Of a stretch of DNA of 64,000 nt, positions 10,213 through 21,651 are shown piece by piece. The stretch comes from Trypanosoma brucei (taxonomy: Eukaryota), in assembly GCA_000002445.1 (NCBI GenBank), contig CP000068.1, positions 736,001 through 800,000 of the forward strand, written 5' to 3'. Below the pieces are notes generated by a model, which was not told the DNA's origin, did not search any database, and worked only from the letters and a program-made list of their open reading frames with translations. The translations under genes and the position numbers were made by a program. Position 1 is the first letter of the stretch; each line of letters opens with the position of its first letter.

Positions 10213-11715
10213 ATGGAAAGAGGGGGAAAAATTGCGGCTATATTTGTCGGTCATTTCGTGTCGCGCCGTCATAAGGTTTTTTTATTTCTATTTTCCCTCT
10301 TATTTTTCTTCACGTCCGTTATGTTGTTGTCCAGTTGCTTCCTTCTTAGCACTCCCAGCTTTTTTTCTACTGGGACTTCGGAGGGAAGTTCCATATCGCG
10401 GGGAATTGTGTCGTTTTCCTCAGGCGAGCTTCCGTCTTCCAATGTTGCAGCGGATACTGCTACCATTTTTGTTTCACTTGCTTCATTTCGTGATAGCGAG
10501 TGCGTGACAACGCTGGACCGTCTTTTCAGTGCGGCAAAAAATCCACACCGCGTGTTTGTTGGTATCAGCGAGGAGCGATTTGGGAGTGAAAGCGGCTGTA
10601 CCAACTCTCCTACACTTTTAGGGTTCGTTGGAAGTCAGCGTGATTTTAATATTCGTTGGCGTGACGTTGTGCCCCGTGCATTTGATGAGGCGACATCAGA
10701 TGAGTTCCGACCACCTCCGACAACTCCGCTACTACACGCAAGACGTGAGAACGACGTTCTCACATGTTTCCTCAAACCCAAAATTTCGCGACCGAGTCCG
10801 TTACCGCAAGGCAAAGAGCTTTTGCGCAACTGTCAGGTCGTCACACGTGTCGGTGATCCGGATGATGCACGGGGCCCCACCTACGCACGGTACATCACTA
10901 GCCTTTTTTACGTAGATCAGGATTATTATATGGTCATTGACAGTCACATCAGAGCGCTTTTGGAGTGGGACGAGAAGATGATTAAACACGCTCGGCTTAT
11001 GCCAACTCGGGGAGTTTTGTCGCATTACCCTAACGGCTACACTCCGCAGAATCCAGACAAGGAAGTTAATTACACTCATGTGATGGCCATGTGCAAGGCT
11101 GTCATTCCTCCCACCAACATCCCAAAGCTTGGGGCTCGATGGATTTTGAAAAGACAGCGTCCACTTCTTCAATCACTTGTGGCCGCAGGCTATATCTTTG
11201 GTGATGCTCAGTTTGTGAAGGATGTACCATTTGACCCCTATCTCCCCTACTTATTTGAGGGGGAGGAAATGCTGTACACTGCACGACTCTGGACAAATGG
11301 GTGGGACAGCTACTGCCCGGGAGATTCATTTGTCTTCCACAACTATGAACGAGCGTCCGCGCCAAGGTTTTGGTCCGCAATATACAAGAGCAACCAGAGC
11401 GAAAGCCGGAAGCGGCAGGAAAAAATTGGGGTTCTTCGCGCACTTTACTTAATGGAAAGGAAGGAGCTGAACACAACAGTACCGCTTGTTTCGCGTGACG
11501 TAGCGCAGATCGTGTGTCCCGCCATCAGTATCGAGGAGGGCCGCTTTGGCATGGGAACCGTAAGGCCACTTGACGCTTTCTGGGAATTCGCTGAGCTTAC
11601 CGATGCGTTCTTGAAGGAGAAGGACGACGAAGGGCGGTGGATGGGTGGTGAGGGGTTGTGTCACCAGTTGGAGGCGCTTAGTGCCTCCATCAAACATATG
11701 GCTTCTGAAGATTAG
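10213..11715 (+). CDS. Type II membrane glycosyltransferase, GT60-like (Pfam 'GlcNAc' PF11397-like).
   Basis: N-terminal signal-anchor (VFLFLFSLLFFFTSVMLLSSCFLL). The start of the catalytic domain, 'IFVSLASFRDSEC...TLDRLF..AKNPHRVFVGISEE', resembles the GT60/GlcNAc-transferase family N-terminus. An acidic motif 'DQDYYMVIDSH' is also present. Family recalled from memory, not searched. Confidence 0.5.
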   Translation: MERGGKIAAIFVGHFVSRRHKVFLFLFSLLFFFTSVMLLSSCFLLSTPSFFSTGTSEGSSISRGIVSFSSGELPSSNVAADTATIFVSLASFRDSECVTTLDRLFSAAKNPHRVFVGISEERFGSESGCTNSPTLLGFVGSQRDFNIRWRDVVPRAFDEATSDEFRPPPTTPLLHARRENDVLTCFLKPKISRPSPLPQGKELLRNCQVVTRVGDPDDARGPTYARYITSLFYVDQDYYMVIDSHIRALLEWDEKMIKHARLMPTRGVLSHYPNGYTPQNPDKEVNYTHVMAMCKAVIPPTNIPKLGARWILKRQRPLLQSLVAAGYIFGDAQFVKDVPFDPYLPYLFEGEEMLYTARLWTNGWDSYCPGDSFVFHNYERASAPRFWSAIYKSNQSESRKRQEKIGVLRALYLMERKELNTTVPLVSRDVAQIVCPAISIEEGRFGMGTVRPLDAFWEFAELTDAFLKEKDDEGRWMGGEGLCHQLEALSASIKHMASED

Positions 11716-13007
11716 GCTCTCCCGCCTCCTCATGTACATGATTGTGGTGAGTTGAGGAGTGAAAATCCAAAATACGAAATTAGTGCAAATTCCATTATAT
11801 TCTGTTTTTTTTTTCTGTTGTTGTTCTTGTGTGTGTGTGTGGAGGCAGCAAAAATAAGGTAGCGAGGTTGAGAAGGCAAATGATGTTACTGACGAAATTC
11901 AATTGGTCGCGTTTATTTGGACTTTGGCAACCTCGACTTTCTCTTCTTATAAGTTTTGTTGGCGTCTACATTTTATTTCTACAGTGCCGGTTGCAGAAAC
12001 TTGCTCATTATTTTCCTTCCATCTTATTTTTCTTTTTCGTGTGTACATATTTTTACAAAACTGTATTCCACGCCGTTTTCGGTGCCATTTATTCTTTCGA
12101 TTCCGTGTACTTCCTCCTAGGTGGCAAAGCATCTTTTTTTTTGTTCGTGTCATTGTTAAAATAATGATAATAGTTATTATTATTATTATATATATTTTTT
12201 GTGTGCGTGTGGACACTAGTGGATGGCTGTAACCCTTCCTTTATGTTTTCTTGAATCCTTTCTTTTTAATTCTCTATTGTTGTTTGTTTCACCGCATGAT
12301 TTTACCTGGTGAGCGCCAGCCATTGGCGGTGGGTTCCTTTTTTTTCTTTGTTGTACTTGAGAAGGTACCTGTTTGGTTATTGCAAAGTCGTTACTGACAT
12401 CGATGGGGGGACCACTGGGAAGCAATGGGATGCGGAAGCAGATGAAGGAGAGTTTCATCTGCACTTTTTCAAGTAGTTATATTGCAGAGTGCCTTTGTTT
12501 ATATTTATTTACCTATTGTTTGTTTGTTTTTGTAGAAACAAAACCTCTTCTTCCTCTCTAGCACACGGTAGTGTTCGCTTTGTCAGTGAATGAGGAAAAT
12601 TCCCCTAGTCATGTGAGTTTATAACAGCGCATATATATTTTTTTCATTATTTTACACAAGTTCATACACAAAAGTATCATCTATCTATATTTGTTTATGT
12701 CCGTTTGTCTACCCATCGCACGAAACAGCTCTGTAAGTTATGCTATAATGTTACGGTGGCCGTAAGCTGTCGGGTTGTCGGACAACTTGAAAAATTCCTT
12801 TTTTTGTTAACCGTATATGCTTTTATCAATCCTTCTATATATGTATTAGATTCTTTACTGTTACTCGTTGGAAGGACTACAATAGGCAAGTGAGCGAAGC
12901 AGAGAGAGAGGGAGAAGGAGGAGGATACTGACTGAAATCACTGAGGAAAGGGGAATTACTTGCGACTGATTAGGTGAAACACCAATAACACCCACCTGCA
13001 ACGAGCA

Positions 13008-15269
13008 ATGGAGAGAAATACTCCTCGTTACCAGCATCCTCCTTACCGAGGGAGGGCTAGTGTACACTACGGGCAAACGCGACCAACACAGCGGGCACCG
13101 CCGCCACCCGCAAGGGGCAATGAACCAACCAACCTGGGAGCTGCGGCGGAGTGTTACGGAGTGATGACGCGATACGGTGCTGTACAACACGGAACCCACG
13201 CCTCAGGCGGCCCATCACAACTCGGACAGCAGCTGCGAAGGGAGGGTAACTCCATGCGCTTTAATGACATCGGTGCGAGATTCACCAGAAGTGGGTCAAA
13301 CGGCGGTTCTTACGGCGGAGGGTCCGGATATGGCTCTTCTGTGTCGCATAATCCCCCAAGTTTACGTAGGCAAAGCAGTGGGCTTCTATCACGCGACAAC
13401 TCACTTTGTGGTCACCTATCCGCTGAAGATGTTGGGTATGGTACTCTTTATCGTCCCAGAAGCTTCTCAAGGGGTTCGCGGTACGGTATGCGCTCATCGT
13501 CCCAACAAGGAAGCCTTCGTTCTCACAGTGGCGCCGGTGGAGGAGGAAGTTTTGTCAAGAGAAGTAGCTTTCGAAGTAGCCCGAGTCGCTACCCTTGTGG
13601 TTCGTTTCACTGGACTCCTGATGGTCCCGCGTCAGCATCGAACAGTGGTGGTAGTTTTTACGGTACGCGTCGCAGGACCTCTGGCGCAGGCGTTTCCAGT
13701 GTCCCTAACCCTGCCCGTTGCGTATACGATATGGGGGGAGCAGTCAGTCGCCGTGGCTCCTTATTGGCCGGTCAGAGTGGCACAACGCCGAGAGAAGGAG
13801 CCTGTTATGGAATCAATCGGAAGAACAGTATGCGGTTATCGCGTACTAATTCTTGTATGAACGGCTTCTACAGTTATGGCGCCAACGCGTTGGCCTCAAG
13901 ACGGGAAATGGGTGGGTATGGCAGCCTTCCTCGGAGCCGCCTGGCGGGGAGGCCTACAGCTCCACCTAATTGGCCAGGTGTCCCAACAAACGTTTCACGC
14001 AACCTGAACCCAATGGGTACAAGACAACCGCAACGTCCGTTAAATGAACCCATCGTACCAGACGATGCTGAAAAGGATGTTCCTGGTCAACTGGTACGGT
14101 GTAACAGTGAAAAGAAAATCGGTATCTATTTCAAGGACGTACAACCGACGGAGGAGGGGGAGTACAAACAAGGCGACGCGGCGAGTGGACGGAAGTCAAA
14201 GGCCTCCATGTCGTCGTCTGCCGTAACGAATATTCGCACCATTGTACTTCTTGAAGGGGAAGCTGAGGATTCAATTCATGTTGATGGGACGACCATGACG
14301 TTACTTAAGCCGAACAGTGATGAACCGGTAAGGTTTGAAACCAAGGAAATTGTTTATTACGACCCAAACGATTCTAACATCTACATGGACTCTACAGAAG
14401 AGCTCTGTGACACATTCCTCTTGGGTTGTAATATCAGCCTCGTGATGGCCGACGCTCAGTGCCCTGCACAGCAACCTACGCAATGGCATTCATGGAATGT
14501 TCTCAGGCGGTTGATGAGAGATGTATTTGCGCGAATGCCCGACCGCGCGGAGTTGAGGTTATCAATTTCATTGATGGACGATGATAAAGTGATGGATTTA
14601 CTAGTGCCCGATCCGCAGTTTGTTAACCTCACCGTCTCCTACTCTCCGTTGTTCGGAAACGTACCCCATGGAATGACATTTGAGGTACTGGACAGTGCGT
14701 CGGAGTTTGGAGGCCTCTTAAAAGTGGCACTCTCAAGGGCTGTTGGTCAAGACAGTGGCGAGTTTGGAATAATTCTTGTGGTGGCAATATTAAAACAAGT
14801 TCGTAAAAACCCCTCAAATCCCAAAGATGAAGAAGATGTTATCCTATCCTCTTTGTTTGCTACGGGGGTGGGTGACGGTGTCGTCCACTACAGTCGTATC
14901 CTTGACAAAAACCCTGCCGAACCACGTGCCATGTTCCAGTTTGCTGTGGGTGGTCCATCCCAAACGGCTGCTGTCGTCTCCATGGCGGACGATCCCAAAA
15001 ACTTAGTGAAAAATCACCAGTTCATGACTACTCTTCAACGACTTGGGAAAATTGAAAATTACACTCTGCGTTTAGGTTCGGTTCGTCGGTTTGTTTCCTA
15101 CACGAAGGAGTCGCTGCCGAAGACGCGGATCCACCTCCAGAACCTGCCGGAAGGACCGGAGAAAGAGGCTCTTAAGCGGTCAGTGACGCGGTACGAGAAG
15201 ATGTTGGCTGACGCTGAGGCCATGCTTGAGTCACCGGACTGCGCAGCTCCGAAGACATATGTGCGTTAA
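13008..15269 (+). CDS. Hypothetical protein with an N-terminal Gly/Ser/Arg-rich low-complexity region (RG/RS/YGG-type) and a C-terminal globular domain.
   Basis: ATG ORF of 753 aa. The N-terminal ~300 aa are rich in GGSYGGGSGYG, RSxS and RGSRYG repeats. Confidence 0.55.
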   Translation: MERNTPRYQHPPYRGRASVHYGQTRPTQRAPPPPARGNEPTNLGAAAECYGVMTRYGAVQHGTHASGGPSQLGQQLRREGNSMRFNDIGARFTRSGSNGGSYGGGSGYGSSVSHNPPSLRRQSSGLLSRDNSLCGHLSAEDVGYGTLYRPRSFSRGSRYGMRSSSQQGSLRSHSGAGGGGSFVKRSSFRSSPSRYPCGSFHWTPDGPASASNSGGSFYGTRRRTSGAGVSSVPNPARCVYDMGGAVSRRGSLLAGQSGTTPREGACYGINRKNSMRLSRTNSCMNGFYSYGANALASRREMGGYGSLPRSRLAGRPTAPPNWPGVPTNVSRNLNPMGTRQPQRPLNEPIVPDDAEKDVPGQLVRCNSEKKIGIYFKDVQPTEEGEYKQGDAASGRKSKASMSSSAVTNIRTIVLLEGEAEDSIHVDGTTMTLLKPNSDEPVRFETKEIVYYDPNDSNIYMDSTEELCDTFLLGCNISLVMADAQCPAQQPTQWHSWNVLRRLMRDVFARMPDRAELRLSISLMDDDKVMDLLVPDPQFVNLTVSYSPLFGNVPHGMTFEVLDSASEFGGLLKVALSRAVGQDSGEFGIILVVAILKQVRKNPSNPKDEEDVILSSLFATGVGDGVVHYSRILDKNPAEPRAMFQFAVGGPSQTAAVVSMADDPKNLVKNHQFMTTLQRLGKIENYTLRLGSVRRFVSYTKESLPKTRIHLQNLPEGPEKEALKRSVTRYEKMLADAEAMLESPDCAAPKTYVR

Positions 15270-16151
15270 GAGGCACAGTTAGTATGTTTGCATCGTCTAA
15301 ACTTATCCTTTCTTTGTTTATGTGTTAAGTTGCACTTTACTCAAACTCTCCAGATATATTTACATACGAGTGTGCGTTTCTCCGGTTGTTTATTGTATCA
15401 GAGGGCCACTTTTTAAAAATTTCTCAGATAGCGGACGCATTTCTATTCAACGGTTAACATCCTTTTGTTTACCCTTTCATTATATATTTATTTGTTTTTA
15501 TTTTCTTTATATGATAAAGTATGTGTTTATATATAATAATGGGAGTGGACCTTAAGAGGCCGTTCCACCTTTCCTGAAGTTAACTTAAGTGCGAGGAGGA
15601 GGAGGAGAAGTCCGATTGGTGCCTTAACTTTTCATTGTTACTTATCTATTAAGTTGTTACACACTTCTTAAAATGAGGATGATGACTATCACCTCATTTT
15701 ATTTGTTTGTAATAACCGGTGATGGGAACACTAAAAGTGCATCAAACAGCAGCAAGAAAGGGCTTTTACCTGTGTGATTGGATGGATGAAAGGAACATCT
15801 TTTTTTTTTTTTTTGGGGGGGGGAGGTGGTGATGGGAAGTAGAAGTGACAGACGCATTTATTTATTTATTTTTTATTTCGTGTGTTTCGGCAACATTTAC
15901 TCGGAAATAGATTGTTTCGAATCACTTTCCGCCTTTGCTCACATCTTGTTTTAAGTAAATGTGACACTAACCCGCGTTGTTTTGTCTATTGGCTCGTATA
16001 TTTGTGTTTGTGATTTTTTCCGGTTTATCCTTATGCTTGTTATCCGTAGTGGGTGCTGCGCCCTAAATTTTTAATTTCCGTTTCACAACCTTGTTACCTT
16101 TTCCCCCAGTTCTAATTTACACTTCCGCCTTTCTCATGAATCCCTGTCGTC

Positions 16152-16177
16152 TATATATATATATATATATATATATA
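16152..16177. repeat. (TA)13 microsatellite.
   Basis: Uninterrupted TA dinucleotide run in the intergenic region. Confidence 0.9.
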
Positions 16178-18906
16178 ACACCGTTTTATTTTGTTCTTAT
16201 TTGCTGGGAATTTCACGTAAATAGCAACACAGTGTGAGCCATATTTGTTTTCCTCTGTATACTTACCTTTTTCTCCCCCTCCCAGATATTTACATCTCTA
16301 CTTATCATCATTTTCTTTGCTGTATTTTGTCATTGCTCAATGCGGGTGTTTTTTTTTTTTGCTTTTAGGGAGTATCTTCCGTCAGATCCTTTATTGTGTT
16401 GTTACCCTTTTCACCCTCTACTCCCTTCACATTATTTTTTTTTTATTATCAAAAATAATAATAATAATAATAATTACCATTATTATTATTATTGTTGTTT
16501 TATTGATTCTTCATTCCCGTTACTAGCGCTTATAATGTTATTGTTGTTTTTGTTTGTTAGTGTCTTTGTGATGATGCACTTACATGTAGGTGAACAAAGC
16601 GTCTGTGTATGGGCGGGAGGGAAATGTTCAATGTATTTTTGAGTATTTTTTTCCTTTTGCCAGTTTCCCACCTGTTAGTTTAGTTCGCTAATTCTGTTTT
16701 TTTTTTTTTGCACCTAATAGTACAGCATAAAGAAAGAACCTCTCAATGTCTGTACGTTTGAGTGTTTGTAAGTGTCCGTTCATCCCTTTATCTCTTCTTC
16801 CTTTTTATGCAATGGGTGTGCGAGTAGGCAGATAAATAAATAAATATATATATATATATTATATGCAGGAAAAAAAAACAATAACAATAATAATAATAAT
16901 AAAGAAGGGAATATATGGGATATGGGATGAAAAGAAAGAAAGAAAGAAAGGGAGAAATAATGAGAAAGAGATAGATGGTAAGAGTGAGAGGGAGTGACAT
17001 TTTATTGTGGCGTCACTTGATATAATAAAGGGAAAAGTACGTAAGAGGTAAAAGGGAGTAATATATTATTGTGCATGAAAGTGAAGGTCAAGAGATAAAA
17101 AAGCAATTTGCAGAATAATTCACGCGCATTAAAAAAAAAAAAACGCAATGAGACGTTGAGTTTCTGTTTCTGTTTTTATGTGCGTTCCAACGGATTCATT
17201 CGTTTCGCCTATTTGGTTCTTTTTTTTTTTATAGATTTAACAACTTCGTGTCCTTTGTGTGCATCTGCTCTTTTTTTTTTAAATGTCTTTTCTATTTTTC
17301 CCCCGTCTTTCCTTTCGCTCTCTTCGCATGTTTCTTCTTATTTCAGCACCCCATTTTCGTTGGTACTCGTGTTTTGACGGTGGGAAAAGTTTTACTTAAT
17401 TTTCCGTACGTGTTTTGTTATTTGCGGGTGTTTTGCAGCTCGTTTCCATATTTCAGAGTACAAATTCGTTCTTATCGTTAATATTAAACAAAAAGAAAAA
17501 TTCCTTTCTCTTTTAGTGGACTGAAGTTGTCGTCATTGTTAAATCTCGTTTTCTTTATTAAAATTGTTACGCGCGGTCCTTCTCTTACCTTTCCCAACTC
17601 CATTTCCTTTTCTCTTATTTTTTTTAAATTGTAATTTCCATTCACTCTATACTTATTATTGAATTGTTGGCGCGCTATGATTTATTATTATTATTATGAT
17701 TTATTATTATTATTATGATTTATTATTATTATTATTATTGCTACTACCTTTTCTCTATAGAAGAGGGACAAATATTTTGTTACTTTATGTTATGTTTGTC
17801 CATTTGTCCGCTTCGCGCGTTTGCATTGTTTGAATGAATGATATAAAAGTTATATATATATATATATATATATATGAAATGGGAGCTAGTGGAATAAAGC
17901 AAAATAAGGAAGATGTTTTTTCCTTGGGGGAGAAAAGACGTTGTAGTCGTGTTTTTGTTCTAATATGTTTATTTCCCCCCCTTTCCACTCCCTTTTTTCT
18001 TCACTGTTTTACCCTTTAATCTATTTCCCCCTTCTTTCTTCGGAATATATATATATTATACCAATTATAAGTGAACGAAACGATTTTCCATCATCATTTC
18101 TTCTCCTCTTGTCATTTTTATGTTATTCCTTATCATTGGCATCGGTTACTTTATTATTTCTTCTTTTTTCCTTGTATGATTTACTTCCACCGTTTCTATT
18201 TACATCATTGATCGATCCATCTTTTTTTTTTTTTTACTTTCCTTCCTAATCCCAAGCATTCTCGATAGATTTTTTTTTTTCGTTAATACGGTATGCAGGT
18301 AAGCAACCGAATACCAGTGTGCATTTTTGGGCATGTCTGAGCAAAGTTTCCTCTCTTTTTTTCTTTTTGTATATGTTTATGGAAATGTATTCGGTGGAAT
18401 GTGAGCCTGCGGTACGATAAGAAAAGGTAAAAAGAAAAAAAGGCAGCAAAGGAACTGAAAGGAGGAAAACAGTATTAAAGTAAAAAAAAAAAGAAGTATC
18501 AAAGAAAACGGTGAGAACCATTTAAGATAAAGAAAAAAAATAGAAATGGATGAATTACGCGAAGGACAGGCGCGAGGTCAGACGAATGATGTGAGCCAAT
18601 GCGTTTATGTGTTACGGCTTTCCCCTAGCCCTTCTCATCTTTTCAAAGCAAAAATCATGAACAACGAAGGAGGAATATGGATGCGTATTGTTCGTACTAT
18701 TATCATGATGATGATGATGATTATTATTATTATTGTTGTTGTGGTTGTGGTTGTTTTCATTATTTGTTTGATTCTCTTTGCATTTCTCCTCTGTTTGTCT
18801 ACGCAAATAACCGAATAAAAAGGTACGGGATCGGTTGTATGGTTAGGACTGGAATAAAAGCAGGAACACAAAGGGGTTTTGAAGAATAGAAAAAGGAAGT
18901 AAAAAG

Positions 18907-20112
18907 ATGTCTCAAGCTGATAATGCTGAGCTAAAAAGCAAAGATGCACGTACATTTGCCGTGAATTTCGCTGAAGTGGGAATATGTCCAAAGAGTGGAG
19001 TACCGATTCGACTCTGTTACCAAACCTTTGGTGAGCCCGCAGCCCCAAACGGCGCTGTTCTTCTTATTATGGGATTAGCATTATCACAACAACTGTGGGA
19101 TGTAAAATTTTGCATGCGTTTAGCTTCATGTGGTTACTACGTTATCCGTTTTGACAATCGAGATATTGGTAAGAGCACAATTTTGGTAGGTAGAAAAGTT
19201 CTCCCTTCCGGAACTACTGAAAGTTCGGATGAGGGTGATATTTGGGAAGATAGCAACTTTTTATCGCACAGCCCTCCAGAAGGAGGTGCTGATGGAAGTA
19301 AAAGCTGTATGTACATTCAGTTGGCACACGCAGGCATTGCAGCTAATGGCCATCGTAAGTTTCAGGAGGTGTATTCCCTTGAGGATATGGCGAAGGATAG
19401 CGTAGGGTTGTTAGATGTATTGAAGATTTCTAGGGCTCACATTGTTGGCATGTGTATGGGTGGGATGATCGCACAAATTATTGCTATTCAATACCCGAAT
19501 CGTGTTGAAAGTCTCTCTCTGATTTCCACACACAGCAGCTCACCTTTATTATCATCTCCATCTCTGCGCGTGATGATCGGAGTCGCTACATTTGCTATCC
19601 GTTGCGTTCGAAAAGGCGTTGCAATCCCATTATCAGATTCTATGGCGGAAAAGCAGGGGCGTAAGCCACTGACATCAAGGGAAAAGGATGACCTCGCACA
19701 GGTTCTTGCACAGTTTGTCACATCCTTTGCTGGCGGCAAAGAATCGGCATTTCCTATCGATCACAAAGCGTTACTGCGGCAGACGCGCCGCATTGTGCAT
19801 TGGAGCGAAGATTTCAGCGGATTCGCCCGTCAGTACGTTGCAATGATTAAGGCCCCATGTCGCGTATCTCAACTGAGAGGTCTTAGCGTTCCTTGTGTTG
19901 TTATTCACGGGACAGATGATTTATTAGTACCTTATCGAAACGGAAAGAAGCTTGCCGATGTCATTCCTGGTTCGAAATTAGTTGGTATTGAAGGACTAGG
20001 ACACATACTGCACCCCCTCTCCCGCGAGCGAATAATCGGTGCCCTGGTGGAAAACATGGGTCAATCAACAAACGCTCTTTCCCGTAGTGGTGCCGTTGCG
20101 GCCAAACTTTGA
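18907..20112 (+). CDS. Alpha/beta-hydrolase fold protein, upstream paralogue. It has G-M-C-M-G in place of the GxSxG nucleophile elbow.
   Basis: 'HIVGMCMGGMIAQ' aligns to 'HVVGSSMGGMIAQ' of the downstream paralogue, and the Cys codon TGT sits at 19453-19455. The acid residue (HGTDDLLVPY) and the His (GLGHILHP) are conserved. There is a ~64-aa insertion relative to the paralogue. Confidence 0.7.
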   Translation: MSQADNAELKSKDARTFAVNFAEVGICPKSGVPIRLCYQTFGEPAAPNGAVLLIMGLALSQQLWDVKFCMRLASCGYYVIRFDNRDIGKSTILVGRKVLPSGTTESSDEGDIWEDSNFLSHSPPEGGADGSKSCMYIQLAHAGIAANGHRKFQEVYSLEDMAKDSVGLLDVLKISRAHIVGMCMGGMIAQIIAIQYPNRVESLSLISTHSSSPLLSSPSLRVMIGVATFAIRCVRKGVAIPLSDSMAEKQGRKPLTSREKDDLAQVLAQFVTSFAGGKESAFPIDHKALLRQTRRIVHWSEDFSGFARQYVAMIKAPCRVSQLRGLSVPCVVIHGTDDLLVPYRNGKKLADVIPGSKLVGIEGLGHILHPLSRERIIGALVENMGQSTNALSRSGAVAAKL

Positions 20113-20712
20113 ACCAACTTAGCGTTACTCATAACTAGCGGTTGTATGCAGTTCACCACTCCTCTTCCCCTTCCGTTTCCTGAAGTTATTAGTGTGGGGA
20201 GGAGGTCCCAAGTTATATGCACGACGGCAGACGGTTGAGCGCATAAATGACATGGTAAGCGTGTGAAATCAACAGAAACGATGAAGTGTGTGTGTGTGGA
20301 GGATACTCGTATGTCAACTCCGTCTAGACTAGGGAGTCTTAGTTATGTCGCATGCTCCCCTGTTTAAACTTCTGTATTTTTTTTGTTTTTTTGGTGCCAA
20401 AGCTATGTGGGGCGTGACCGCGTCGACATTAATGCATTCAGGTACCGCACATTTACTAAATAACTCTGAGTTCTTGACCATAGTTGCCACAGATTCCCTT
20501 ATACTTTAGTTTGTTCACAGAACTCTCTTTTGTTGTTTAATATTGCGTCGGATCTTGTATTATTACCTTCTTCGCTTTCAGCTATTAAATAGTTCATTTC
20601 TGCACACACTAACCAAAAGTTAACGGAATCAAACTTTTGGGTACTGTTTTACGGCCTTGAATTGGTTGATGAATAGTGAAGAATACTGGTACATGAGTTG
20701 CACAAACGAGAG

Positions 20713-21651
20713 ATGTTGACTACGACTGACACTATTGTTAAGGTTGGGAAATGCGCTAGCACTGGGGAGGACATTTCATTATCTTACGATACCTTTGGCA
20801 ATTCAAAAGACCCGTGTTTACTTCTTGTGGTGGGTCTCGCTGGTGTTGGGCGGGTTTGGCGTGATGCTTTCTGTGAGATGATTGCGAAAAAAGGTTTCTA
20901 CGTGGTGCGGTACGACAATCGCGATGTTGGGCTGTCAACTCATTTGGACAATCAACCCACTCCTAACGTCATGCAGTGTTTACTTCCACAGTTTCTCTCA
21001 TTTTTGAGAAAAGTGCCGTATACGCTGGAGGATATGGCAGCTGATGGGATGAATCTTTTGACTGCTCTCGGTATTGAAAGAGCGCATGTGGTGGGTTCCA
21101 GTATGGGTGGCATGATTGCACAAATTATGGCTATCAAGTACCCGAGTCGTGTACGAAGCCTTGGCATCATATACTCTCACACGGGCTCTAGTAAACGAGT
21201 TCCGGAAACATTTTCCACAAAGTTGCTGTTTATGAAAAAACCAAAAAGCTCGGCGCTGGAGGATGTGGTTGATTTCAAGTGTGCACTCGCCCGCCACTTC
21301 CGTGGCCCCGGGTATAACGTAGATGAGGAGGAATTCAGGAAGTTAGCAAAAGAACAGCTTGAACGCGCAAATGATTACCCACAGGGAATGTTGCGACAAT
21401 TGGCTGCTATTTTGTCAGCTAAGAGCCGTGAGGAGTGTTTGAAAACCATCACCATCCCCACATTGATCATTCATGGTATGCTAGACGAAGTTGTGCCGTA
21501 CCAAAATGGACTTCAGATTGCTGAAGCTGTCGGCCCGGCAGCAAAACTTGTGATTTACCCGCGTATGGGACACGAGATACCGGTTGAACTGATGCCTTCA
21601 ATTTCGCAAGAAATTGCCGATAACTGTGGACGGGAACTGACTCTGGCTTAA
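20713..21651 (+). CDS. Alpha/beta-hydrolase fold protein, downstream paralogue with a canonical Ser nucleophile.
   Basis: GxSxG motif 'GSSMGG' (Ser codon AGT at 21100-21102). Asp in 'HGMLDEVVPY' and His in 'MGHEIPVE'. The N-terminal region is similar to 18907-20112 ('YVVRYDNRDVGLST' versus 'YVIRFDNRDIGKST'). The start was moved to the first ATG; the track start at 20698 is TTG. Confidence 0.75.
   Translation: MLTTTDTIVKVGKCASTGEDISLSYDTFGNSKDPCLLLVVGLAGVGRVWRDAFCEMIAKKGFYVVRYDNRDVGLSTHLDNQPTPNVMQCLLPQFLSFLRKVPYTLEDMAADGMNLLTALGIERAHVVGSSMGGMIAQIMAIKYPSRVRSLGIIYSHTGSSKRVPETFSTKLLFMKKPKSSALEDVVDFKCALARHFRGPGYNVDEEEFRKLAKEQLERANDYPQGMLRQLAAILSAKSREECLKTITIPTLIIHGMLDEVVPYQNGLQIAEAVGPAAKLVIYPRMGHEIPVELMPSISQEIADNCGRELTLA

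Noticed and set aside
13177-13860. 227-aa ORF in an alternative frame inside the 13008-15269 gene.
   Set aside because: It fully overlaps the G/C-rich low-complexity repeat region of the main frame. Open frames there are a compositional artefact.
17675-17745. Apparent ~16-19-bp tandem repeat 'tgatttattattattat'.
   Set aside because: It is simply a (TTA)n microsatellite interrupted by TGATTT. The period is irregular (16, 19, then longer) and it is not a structured minisatellite.
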